Part shown: positions 28,501-29,900 of the stretch, one piece after another | How the letters are laid out: the number at the start of each line of letters is the position of its first letter | Numbering within the stretch: position 1 is the stretch's first letter | Virus record (IMG/VR): IMGVR_UViG_3300037427_003387 | Location: 1-29,900 of that record | Strand: one strand, 5' to 3' | Source: a virus | Taxonomy: Duplodnaviria > Caudoviricetes | DNA: 29,900 nt | The notes under the pieces: model-generated | Databases searched by the model: none | Told to the model about the DNA's origin: nothing | Seen by the model: the letters and a program-made list of their open reading frames with translations, nothing else | Position numbers and translations under genes: made by a program

Positions 28501-29900
28501 GCATAGGTACCGATAGGAGGACCATCAATTCTAGCAGGGTTAGGATTAGTAGCAGCGTCAAATACAACATTTTCCTTCAATTTAAAGGAAGTACGCATTC
28601 TTCTAATGCCACTATTCTGATCAGTTGGATCAATATATCCATAAGGACCATATATTGGGTTACCATCAAATGCCCAACCAATAATAGGTGAGTGCTCAAA
28701 GTTAGATGCTACTTCTTGGAAATTCTGGGTAACAGGGTTTAAAAATACGTTATCACCAACAACATATCTTAGTTCTTTAGGATCTGATAAGTGAGCATAT
28801 TCACCACCGAATTGGTTGTTATATCCAGTAAATACATAACCTCTTGCAAAGTCATACTTGTCACCATTTGATCCCAATTCATATTCTAGGTTTTTATTCC
28901 ACTGGTATACAGTAGGTGTAAAGTCCGCTAATTGACCCACTGCTTCAAGTCTAACGGTGGTTAAACCTTGGGTATACCCAATTCCCTTATTGGTAATAGT
29001 TACACCTAATACACGACCCCTATCTTCTCCAATTGTGCCGATAGTTGCTTTAGCAATAGCACCAAATCCATCACCATTAATAATGACATTAGGAGCAGTT
29101 GTATAGGATTCACCAGAGTTAATAATAGCGATAGAAACTATTCTGCCATTAATAACGATTGGTTGTGCTAAGGCATTCTCACCAGAGTTAACTTTGATCT
29201 TTGGAAGTGAAGTATATCCACTACCGAAGTTTGTAACACTTACACTAGAAATAGGACCACGGACGTTTGCAGTCGCAGTAGCACCACTACCTCCACCACC
29301 TGTAATAGAAACTAGAGGTTGTGTAGTATAATTTTGTCCTGGTTGCTCAACTAGTATTCTTGTTACTCTACCACCAGTAATAACTGCCTGTGCAGTAGCA
29401 CCACTACCATTACCACCTACAATTGATACTAGAGGAGATTCTGTATATCCAGTACCTTCGGTAACCATATCGAAGGATGTTAGACTACCATTAACAATAA
29501 CCTCAGCAGTAGCACCTGTTCCACCACCACCTGAAATCTCTACATTAGGTTTAGCACCAGCATCATATCCCTCTCCAATGTTAGTTACACTTATAGATGT
29601 TAAAGGACCATACTGGATAAATTCTCTTGATTTGTAAGACCAGATAGAAACACCGTTAACCCAAGCACCAATTGGTGTTCCTGGATCTATTGTCTTTCTT
29701 TCGGATATAGTTTGTACTGTCCTAGGGAATCTTAATAGTTTCCTTTGGTTACCTGGAATAAGTGCAGATCCTGTAAATGGACCTATCTTGTAGTTTGGTA
29801 GTCCAGATGCTGCAACATAAACATATTGGTCATTAAAGAATGAGTTTTGAATGTTTGTAGTAAACTCACTAACAACACTGTTGATAGAAGTTACATCAGA
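4575..29900 (-). CDS. Giant multidomain virion protein, gp7-like baseplate wedge initiator of cyanomyoviruses; 5'-truncated, >8,441 aa
   Basis: The track ORF covers 4575..29468 (8,297 aa). Hand translation of 29469..29900 gives 144 more sense codons (SDVTSINSVVSEFTTNIQNSFFNDQYVYVAASGLPNYKIGPF...SLTSFD), so ATG 29468 is internal. It contains the wedge-type motif IQDSFFYQNFSY...W...HPAGFNMFG. The CDS itself is certain; the gp7 label is moderately confident. Confidence 0.9.
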   Translation of the reverse strand, partial: SDVTSINSVVSEFTTNIQNSFFNDQYVYVAASGLPNYKIGPFTGSALIPGNQRKLLRFPRTVQTISERKTIDPGTPIGAWVNGVSIWSYKSREFIQYGPLTSISVTNIGEGYDAGAKPNVEISGGGGTGATAEVIVNGSLTSFDMVTEGTGYTESPLVSIVGGNGSGATAQAVITGGRVTRILVEQPGQNYTTQPLVSITGGGGSGATATANVRGPISSVSVTNFGSGYTSLPKIKVNSGENALAQPIVINGRIVSIAIINSGESYTTAPNVIINGDGFGAIAKATIGTIGEDRGRVLGVTITNKGIGYTQGLTTVRLEAVGQLADFTPTVYQWNKNLEYELGSNGDKYDFARGYVFTGYNNQFGGEYAHLSDPKELRYVVGDNVFLNPVTQNFQEVASNFEHSPIIGWAFDGNPIYGPYGYIDPTDQNSGIRRMRTSFKLKENVVFDAATNPNPARIDGPPIGTYAAGTFIDDYYYDFQSGDLDNYNGRFCKTPDFPEGVYAYFITIDASDAGLAEFPYIMGPQFNSLPDGWNFDQAATQENIPDGVVRYRDPYTDVDIDVDRQPNQEADVLTTEKEGYPIIFEIQDSNNDGLIDANEQQELLQMSEEATLQIYDYFPRVSEESRVDIEVETTTQFENAKIDGFVIENPGVSYQVNDTVFFDNENTGGFGASAIIDSVKGQKITGYQKEVIGDRPYGKIVTETGHELRQQDEIIVNSRPVIDNTNKTYRVKVVAGVERINVVQAGTGYNNDIPPTFELITASGKDAELALVLEGTGQINKVNIINSGNAYDANNPPQIRVSHPQQYKKTRYWITEYKEATGSTTIHDQWTTADRYTYICGSILEPDGDQAAFLAKFDDLGQKVWERNLLPQNSGTKKSEFIKMHIDESLENDVIYICGQTYDPNNSQYNPDIWLGVYDSGFNNANAPDGILRWQKAIAGISGLSRRDWITSIALDQEKRIYLAGYTDSNSIDPNDMWVIQCDLDGDLVEKRKIASANDSEMINQIKWISDDRFFFVGVNDQNDDCIVGIFWYDGANLEIEYIRQSPTANGYVRNPEFIIDEYDDVILIWDVYNGATQKFEKIQVNKFALSDANSTWEWSKTLSISGNVDGINHAGVSVDNFGNYTIVSDVQESENQRYSVIHYLKYDGNVIKETKVDDIDNIGFQAKGHTIDSSGDCIISIDRRQADQLASYRFNNDADIDEDTTKQELVTPTFHTPSNSSVDTAIQKFGLGSLKLSGACPVKFPGYNLTSKEWSFRAWMSMATAHHAGNNKPLLFDITPVAGDSIQVELDGDTTSGDYEKVCIYVNSVKVASSAIAVNWTLFASASWVHVTFQKREESLGLYQYEVYFNGNLVCNFQSTSDMSVADVTLAGKYSGPVASTSFIGWIDDLLIDDIAPYNGTYVVPTAEIPITTSISDSALIKFDRLHDKRDAYALTGLTKYNNITFSDIEVTTTWTVLSVASLTNWIVGAGGLQILDMSQVIATQNPGTYTFTNASTEYATKTSTIPSPLGKKLKITADVISKFYMRDALYSKIDNVLEFTFNQDVTLTKGSILQQYTNTLSGQVVSAYGTIVDIPNADSLYNPGLGNKYKVGKIYGNFNDTDLYKTDVGDVNQIAGTYFNVEEPENPWQAGASVTQGDQTYYDKKIYQAQGTGTTGTIPPTHTSGVQSDGLINWIHIDDAGKFTVDLTEHPYPMPQYLDSDMPGWDSGQLYVVGQKVWHKLNVYVVGAGGAGVSGTTAPVHTTGAVSDGGVTWTHESTSQAISSYARTLPYDLGNNYTVQIVEIQPGSLYIPEDVISISGVNITEADDQKSVEISGFASVKKIRVTARLQKDIIRTADQRTNLVYCTSNSPHRFVEGEIVYSEGYSGDQFNGSFFIDQVIGSREFTYGIRATAVSDPAFNANAIANVNIYAKHPTLEFTRNHQYVFDVSDTSNLGYYLSFSQDNQYKLEYSFNNITRSGTPGIPLGGSAYPFVKFSVLGDVTNISYYFDPSRTGDTSPVGPNSFIDVITTPFQGTFNVAEVLSDTEFRFQLLKEPERQNAEVGTDPFDNVYSFYSTTSVRAVGPINTIKLVSPGGFYQKLPIISDIASFRQVEKVVVNDGGTEYAVGVYYDVPIAGDGEGGKATITVEFDAEVGSGTITGASVADPGKGYTIASIDIDGIPGILGNTLAGSGGSVTVVIPSEGSGASVFLTGSNIGKIKRLKNNEFGFGYSHDYTLKPEITFPVNLQLFNTSILSQIKITNPGSGYTSTPAVVIEGGGGTGADAEAIVKNNRLSEIIIKNSGAGYSSEPTVTLKSEFNYVVNLDLNYLQFNFPHGITTGAEVQFRSDDIGSTEGILPKPSTAGLTSLVANQTYYAIAGEAAGLENDQLRFGLTLASAQGGSYITFLTQGSGRQTLLTEVFGGKAVAVIETSRFLEGEEVFQGSATETSTARGKVSTNTGWQIGPKILKIVDYTGDWAEGEKVTGEISKASGIIDNFSIARGVLNIGSLTKTPGRFIDDVGKPSEIVQKIQDSFFYQNFSYVVQSEIPITEWKTQVLENNHPAGFNMFGQLQLTGGKDVSGRRIGTEFTKKVNINNYSNVNQITSFGAAQPIYTDYNNTEVLFRKKRLTSSEEILTSIVKKLDSIQDQFDGIKKQFPVTVEGETIIVKQDQLMITLNGIIQSPGDSYQIVGGSLVFAEPPKPPSKVNYRIMAVTPTPIYRIALYQSGGGSNYGIFPSLGQQVQGENSDTIGTVIDSGTNHIDVINLTGTFDLNEQIKRGELFAALVETVTLVNSPTIFQFGEALTNLDGDTAYIEETNVDTQGAITDRVVVSKTSGTPRFETGIFDFRLNEYIYSASSKIAGQITYIAPYTDPINNEVVEELIINKGTTFFGLLFERLVSLTNPNVILDDISKSSITPTKLYDSENRINADFLNFEEVRTTEVTYSQLTGGVLTDGMTIRNKKAFYGNPVSTFHGIAANRYLDGKRNILNNKDEIIDFAEASIAIDYPDYYFPSDVITNNWSRFKDAYRMIQKNKALIAGMAFDDMKTQYPSSSIPSDAKCKRDIEFLVDAISIDIYAGGNRYARKFTQQFFDTNGTFTYVSAQSAETRYAFEKARDRMKEAIANQYSGTVSAVNSGDSWTAYQDLTITADPSPGDAYGTAGSNAANDGVDNCSDVQAAITTLHEFIDEALNNASLADLPSESVGTYSPHQEKCRRDLGYFIDSIAADVGSGGNYNTVEFTKKFFDDAGVPLTNGIVGEEAEAVHAFTTAGTLMHSAINNLMYWKDMSGVGYNLNDPTTYSGGVAPANRYDANYASGNNQNIGNCANVKSSIDTLKSIATTAMTAGTLANVNAIASITDGTFQDSETIRTTKIGYKDKSTGLFITGDQIKGMSSGALFSAIGVNSGLKWLFAGPITGTFTADEYITNSTLTYTNCTQSVIVKKAELSGSKSIYIPSNGSLSSPASTDYELGTGDFTIEGWIRPAVNTTLQTLFDFRRLSASQGLRIVQDVQAIKVYNGTTLLLSSGNVVTTTGSWMHIAVSRKDNVTQLYVNGAQLGGNYVDNNDYLYAALYVGQDFNGANHWSGHVDNVIVKKGVGDYTTGFTSPTNPDFTDANIVFGLDGEAPFILSTEEVYAKYSGQRSSSATSKVIDYANLAIIAEEIDLGRQDYRDCADIIDLNGAYIAEEAVGRMKAAFSDFTIRGDVPGENSYGGTDTCIRDTKDYILGALIKDLREGGNYHTIYTARTYLTVSGKLDFIGEEILQSLYVWNEVAKLTKEIITTTSTTLTGTYTTRYRIPNNFSSPASQAVQDEVDTLMTDLLKVIAPNDQRFREGGFQLWKNRDYIAEEVEGYVQNKYQATIDSVVFDFLEIPGTGASGCRNDIKRYIIPAVIADLVTGGTYNVQSAIDKYLDSQDNIIHVEHELSALNDAFEYTSMLAMKAVNNLLMSPGEVPSSLLDNDGNALNAPAWAHEEYYAPQWTSKTAYRDSTIVKDSEGYPNNIQRANNDRYLDAANMIWNNRAVIARECVSIMNDLSKYETLNIPGGHVNCEDDVLDMIEAMVHDLRMNCNEKVWDAAALYVETEDDSLKHIETEWEASITVVKILRDILTCTMRNAFGRDYDMSETIQSKPVQSYNQNPKDLLFAQCGDAIDGNIRYVAEQAVAAGLVQYPNLAIPGGPVNCVHDVTDILRAMVFNLKYGGTNMLQYASEFYTNYSGNLDHVTNAAAETNWIINKAKEYAIRAMKGQVISNNAGWTVDQRFYDAVPRPTTSLFNSDEDGLIEGESNNIITRSFKAGEDKISTTDSATGLVGTEDAVFRCIVKLASNPIDGVIWESGGTGAGSWIGVRDNGTYLRLRAGNGANAYAGGAGHTETAMAMLDLQISTLGAYFDDGDHELVWQINVGGNQGSGKGKVQLWIDGVSVGTAETQGGGYTGLDTDPGRWTGSDYSGYGVQGGTSICAGEPSTINTFTINVGPAPTIKYDCTHAAYDSSTGDLIMNVGSHNHTEGTFLRLATNSISFTCDQDANATTHTYPRSGDPAGNTAVEVLETYSVDHKATAATYKPDSGIMTLTVPNHGMSDHTTHTATDSAYDPDSGVLTLTVDDHGFKTGDQVRIENGSLIFTCAQDNHQSKHGYPRQKDPAGDQWLLVESVVNNDIFTVNVGSTPKVEYDVSNATYDQNTGELEMNIGQHRFVGASTHVATYAEYTADTGWLKLTVPGHKIVKGEQIQIMQNSMTFTCSMDNHYSDHVYPRATDPATREWLEVVETDIEGGTFTVNVGPSPIKGFTPTSATFNSTTGALQLFIGSHDLAVGTNIKLSQQSLTFTCDMDDHKTKHSYPRPVDPTHNEPIGITAVTSDSITVNVGTTPTVNYDIIGATFTGSDGKLVLTTDRKFNFRQSSIHSVSGGEYNGETGLMRVTVADHNFAEGDFVKIADGGVSFTCSMDNHATVHAYPRSSDQMSGKWMDVRNVSKDSFDVHVGKTPAIPFTISSATFNPSSGVLVATIGNHNLKVGHSVRLATESIVFTCFLDANNSTHAYPRADGQGGATGDDPFYNKNIQIQSATDTTITLNVGDGAISDLSAHTFVPNSGMTPTNVNHNPTTGVMTVTVVGHGMENGDQIKIDDYGILLTCAMDDHQTTHAYPRPGDPASGSWLKISNVTADTFDVTVNTDIPQSNTTTHLFSSAVGNCITRAQIVSGGVYDHTYSTSTVDCLRHAGDSVRLADNAITFRCDQDGQSSNHAYPRSATTSHTPTDVSYDPNIGHIKFTVPNHGFIQYSYIKIADNSLTFTCKKDADATNHTYPRSSDPISGKWMMIHDVTQNTFDVEVLDVIPSTNTTIHSFVAPAATNCITHKKDYFYDTNIPIHEVGKTDHSPTNVQYNPTAGTMVVTMSNSFGNHSTMSPTGATFYPATGTMRINLNGHSVKNGDMLLLADGGFTFRCDEDSQASDHAYPRSSDPASGTWLKAFNVGSNSFDVNVGNFQGEGAISNTTTHVLQSVASNAVWKANDFVMFDENAITLQCTKDNNATNHTYPRKTDPTFGHWLPISNVSNTSFTVHVGKSGVNDVYDHTFVSCENNSLHRQTGSITLDVGDGQISNTTTHVFQSAVSNALRSGGAYNHTFIPSTEAYTPTGANYNPTTGWMTLTVPNHGFLDGESIKINTNSLVFTCLKDANATNHSYPRTSDPVNNKWLTISNCTDDTFDVHVLENIPSTNVTLHTFKSALTGAIVRATVATGGNYKHKFVAPAQLTPTNAAYIPSTGIMTLTVADHGLKNGSRIKVEDGFVTFTCDQDSDQTNHSYPRASDPFSDEWMTVNNVTKDTFDVQVLFNIPSTNTTTHAFVSARPKSITVATLMKGNDSIKLPENAITFTCTMDGNNTTHSYPRTTDPAYNNSLRIIDDGVTRWTPTGATYTPSTGVLAMTLGNHGFSNGDYIKIDDYALDMSCDMDNDSSTHAYPRGTDPISGKWVQISNVSQNGFDVNVGTTAAVSYTPTNASYEPTTGDMEITVGTHPLKVGQSVQIAAGGITMECSQDSYGSTHAYPRSTEDSFTPTNAVFDGVTGYLTITSNAHGLDEGSLVKINDNAITLRCTMDGSTSDKTYPRSSDPISGKWKPIEYIDANTYKIFVGKSEFKSFDPQNVDYNPNTGVMVITVGPDHGITTAHSVYINHKAFCFTCGLDNYQTDHFYPRANGESGASGDDPAYQDAVSVTAVDDSTITVNVGASSNTTTHVFKPAVGVTPTAISYSGGTGLMTVTIAGHGMTNGEQIMFEDNSLIFTCGKDDHATEHAYPRHGDPASNKWLTLQNVTNDTFQVQVLDTIPSTNTSIHTFKRAVVGAVKRGSIRSGGSFTHSFQSFANNGLKAKRDRAYDHAIEIKAVGHAKYSATGAAYNAATGVLTLTVANNPFANGDHIRIADHSLVMTCDMDNNASNHSYPRPTDYASHRWLEVSGVSGNDFTVQVGKTPRANYLVSAATYEPTTGDMVLTIGDHNFNGGSEHTITNAAYNPTTGILTSTVVGHGLVIGDRVKFDDNSITFNCAASTGTHAFVSGVNNAVNDGSSTYTAASGTTYNPTTGVMTLEIGSHSLTTSNTVTIANGGVTFTCDADNNATNHAYPRATDPASGQQLAVLNPQATTIDVQVGIANADNPTDNHTYPRSTDYASDRWLDITNITDDTFDVQVLSSAPQSVTSPHTFVSAGTNGLKVASEAVYIEEESLVFKCQADNFGSEHKYPRANGNGGATADDPYYNESIPILSATAKTITVHVGKSSNTTLHQFVRSENAFTPSSAAYAPGTGILTLTLNGHPFENGDKVQIMNESIVFQCQEDSFASDHAYPRRQDPASGDWLTITNKQTNTFDVNVGVSSNTTTHQFESAATGAIIRGTVRGGGEYTHAYVSAVSEGLEKKNSTFTVNVGSTVAGNHTHRFASATSGAITAGGNHTHTFEVFKNNSLHRQSGWITVDVNIAASNNLYDHSFYSALPGAVIGGGNYQHTFISAKENGIWKANDYIYIKDHALAFTCDLDAHRTEHLYPRATDHASNEWLAVSNVTTTQFDVQVLKGVPSTFLGNHTFKSCIEKGIRIQNGKIRINVGVSPAGKTFQHTFVSANSGCIIQGGNYKHNFVSAASNCITNVNDGTTLTPTDAYYEPTTGQLTLTVAGHALRTDDAVTIDTGGLTFTCSQDSNATNHTYPRVTDYADGKIMPVQSVLSYAYPLRTDLSYYRARRVSTQYTGNEGANVESQIGTLMQLVTDAISNPNNVALRSYDMPIVWPVKYTPDVVIRDVDVTYDFSNGGQDDQGTWNITCAETAAGINTLADIFIDTISDAANGNGNALSGITKTFPYNSNADYQEGTCYNVTSAIDTLMDFFTDALGKGENNNKRIANMILFNQQAIAGRAFAETQTNYPTTNLTIDFANDVIKAVRYDLVTSGNSGSFRLSQNWFDGEGNFIAFQNVTRTHLLFCLARIREYSKSVLFDFAETGWDPYDVYFIPAPQKLEWNKEAAEFMIDSSLNPIEYALEMSQFPTEARVTFVSSTDATNRVTKYEMGIDYNTDPDLVSLTPEVNVGYDRAEYRIRINRPNNFRRGDVLTYIPASENSLTGLTGQPHFYVLTGTAQWFEIGASYIHDGRFRLLQIDKSNAGSQILAVERRSGITRSTATFASDPSECPIQGGFNPADVVFGSSSNANAEIGTIQQNEGEIYKLFTHYPTVASQTTPGTYDQFVNGEVAQVQGAVGNNGSVLQMLKPDSESGVSFVKLHTVAGTIANGDVIEGVDSGAEHTVGTPTDRFLINVKNGAFATGDWFFSKVGSVEAYMDNYSSKSGSLTDNEGGRIAIDVETLGEAWIPGDIIYGSVTDYILDIKGISGTQLQLNQWIHGVQTLELDLGLAIVDTGISDTFNVGDTVSLLQGTVQKNPGFTAVVTKYQEEDATAVPPLSHKLWIANINPVGVGAPLTDLTQAGNNIGKIDIGSNFPTIYAGVGGYTAVDYQSYAQVVAIEQAGITATIWVQSASGTFLDNMSLKSDFGWGAGVSSARTLEGRVDRYFRGFDGVQTIFDLTISNGQAYFPDPAGHLLAFVNGILQPPGGNASYVAFSDKIQFAEAPEIGSEFIGYYVGKLRQLDDISFEFDSLRSSFNLKRSGLFYSLTLTEGVSSNTIRPENNIIVSLNGIIQEPGVAYEIVGSRIIFAEVPRAGSTFVGFSYIGSDADVIAATVVPPVEAGDLLDIEGEEFAREVALIESSNSLITFEYTGSVKGRNADAISAITSGQITNAVLTNPGDGYNDRPNVDVISSSGFDGKLKALMGITRIDVKTGGVGYTAPTVAIDNVVPDDFVPPTGGPINGGFDVLAGEGPSGEEGGGGGITPGTIAITQDPVNVTVNQGNTAAFTVVTTVTNGQTMNYQWQKKEYGTQTWSNIIGANQATYNTNATAQADDGDEYRVAITAAGATPVYSLSAILSVQTGATVISNFTPNLIFDDI
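4632..4913 (-). other. C-terminal Ig-like domain of the giant protein
   Basis: ITQDPVNVTVNQGNTAAFTV...YQWQK...WSNIIGANQATY...DDGDEYRVAI...SAILSV, after a Gly/Pro linker. Confidence 0.8.
5400..5880 (-). repeat. Two 'FD...F.L...NGI.Q.PG..Y.....I.FAE.P' beta domains (third copy at ~21850-22030)
   Basis: FDGVQTIFDL...FVNGILQPPGGNASY...IQFAEAP; FDSLRSSFNL...SLNGIIQEPGVAYEIVGSRIIFAEVP; FDGIKKQFPV...TLNGIIQSPGDSYQIVGGSLVFAEPP. Confidence 0.8.
8373..16562 (-). repeat. 26 copies of a ~105-aa 'FTCxxD...HxYPR' domain, nested rather than tandem
   Basis: Counted 26 YPR motifs, 26 associated Cys, 26 opening 'xPTxAxYxPxTG' segments and 26 closing 'HxF' segments. 8,190 bp = 2,730 aa = 26 x 105. Confidence 0.93.
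16600..17025 (-). other. Divergent LamG/concanavalin-like lectin domain
   Basis: GVIWESGGTGAGSWIGVRD...LRLRAG...DDGDHELVWQI...VQLWIDGVSVG pattern. Confidence 0.55.
19095..19614 (-). other. LamG/concanavalin-like lectin domain
   Basis: GTGDFTIEGWIRP...WMHIAVSRKDNVTQLYVNG...WSGHVDNVIVKKG is a typical Laminin_G_3 signature. Confidence 0.85.
22245..22425 (-). other. Conserved baseplate-wedge core motif
   Basis: GRFIDDVGKPSEIVQKIQDSFFYQNFSYVVQSEIPITEWKTQVLENNHPAGFNMFGQL, recalled as the conserved segment of gp7-like proteins of T4-like phages. Confidence 0.65.
24627..25017 (-). repeat. Two CBM5/12-like small carbohydrate-binding modules
   Basis: PWQAGASVTQGDQTYYDKKIYQA...PPTHTSGVQSDGLINW and GWDSGQLYVVGQKVWHKLNVYVV...APVHTTGAVSDGGVTW. 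Confidence 0.65.
25668..26331 (-). other. LamG/concanavalin-like lectin domain
   Basis: KFGLGSLKL...EWSFRAWM...WVHVTFQKR...YEVYFNGNLV...FIGWIDDLLI. Confidence 0.75.
26352..27470 (-). repeat. Beta-propeller-like blade repeats
   Basis: YTYICGS...AFLAKFDDLGQKVWERNL; VIYICGQT...DIWLG...LRWQKAI; SIALDQEKRIYLAGYT...DMWVIQCDLDGDLVEKRKI; further degenerate blades follow. Confidence 0.7.
28104..28139 (-). other. EF-hand-like Ca2+-binding loop
   Basis: DSNNDGLIDANE matches D-x-N-x-D-G-x-I-D-x-x-E. Confidence 0.55.
28330..29830 (-). other. Split, degenerate YHYH-like domain containing Gly-rich repeats
   Basis: SGLPNY...TPIGAWVNGVSI [G.GY...P.V.I.GG.G.GATA repeats] GGEYAHLSDP...HSPIIGWAFDGNPIYGPYGY...DLDNYNGRF...YAYFITID...FPYIMG. 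Confidence 0.8.

Noticed and set aside
29466-29468. ATG as start of the giant gene
   Set aside because: The frame is open for 144 more codons with continuous repeat and YHYH-like sequence.
1-29900. tRNA, rRNA, terminators, mobile elements
   Set aside because: Intergenic space totals about 39 nt and nothing of the kind was recognised.

Overview
Virion-structure (baseplate/tail) region of a T4-like marine cyanomyovirus (Prochlorococcus/Synechococcus myophage type, inferred from protein motifs; roughly 37-40% GC on two lines counted by hand). There are four tightly packed minus-strand genes. (1) A giant gp7-like baseplate protein whose frame stays open to the right edge (>8,441 aa, start not in window). 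(2) A 531-aa YHYH + Ig-like protein. (3) A 493-aa gp9/gp10-family protein ending in a cupredoxin-like domain with a full type-1 copper ligand set. (4) A structural gene running off the left edge, missed by the ORF track. The main result: the 2,730-aa centre of the giant protein (8373..16562) is not a tandem array. It is 26 copies of a ~105-aa Cys/Asp/His domain recursively inserted into one another. By hand it parses as balanced brackets (depth 11, 6 branch points, 8 leaves), implying one polypeptide that folds as a branched tree. The flanking helical repeats and the N-terminal modules appear nested in the same way. All domain calls are by eye, with no database search, so novelty is unverified.
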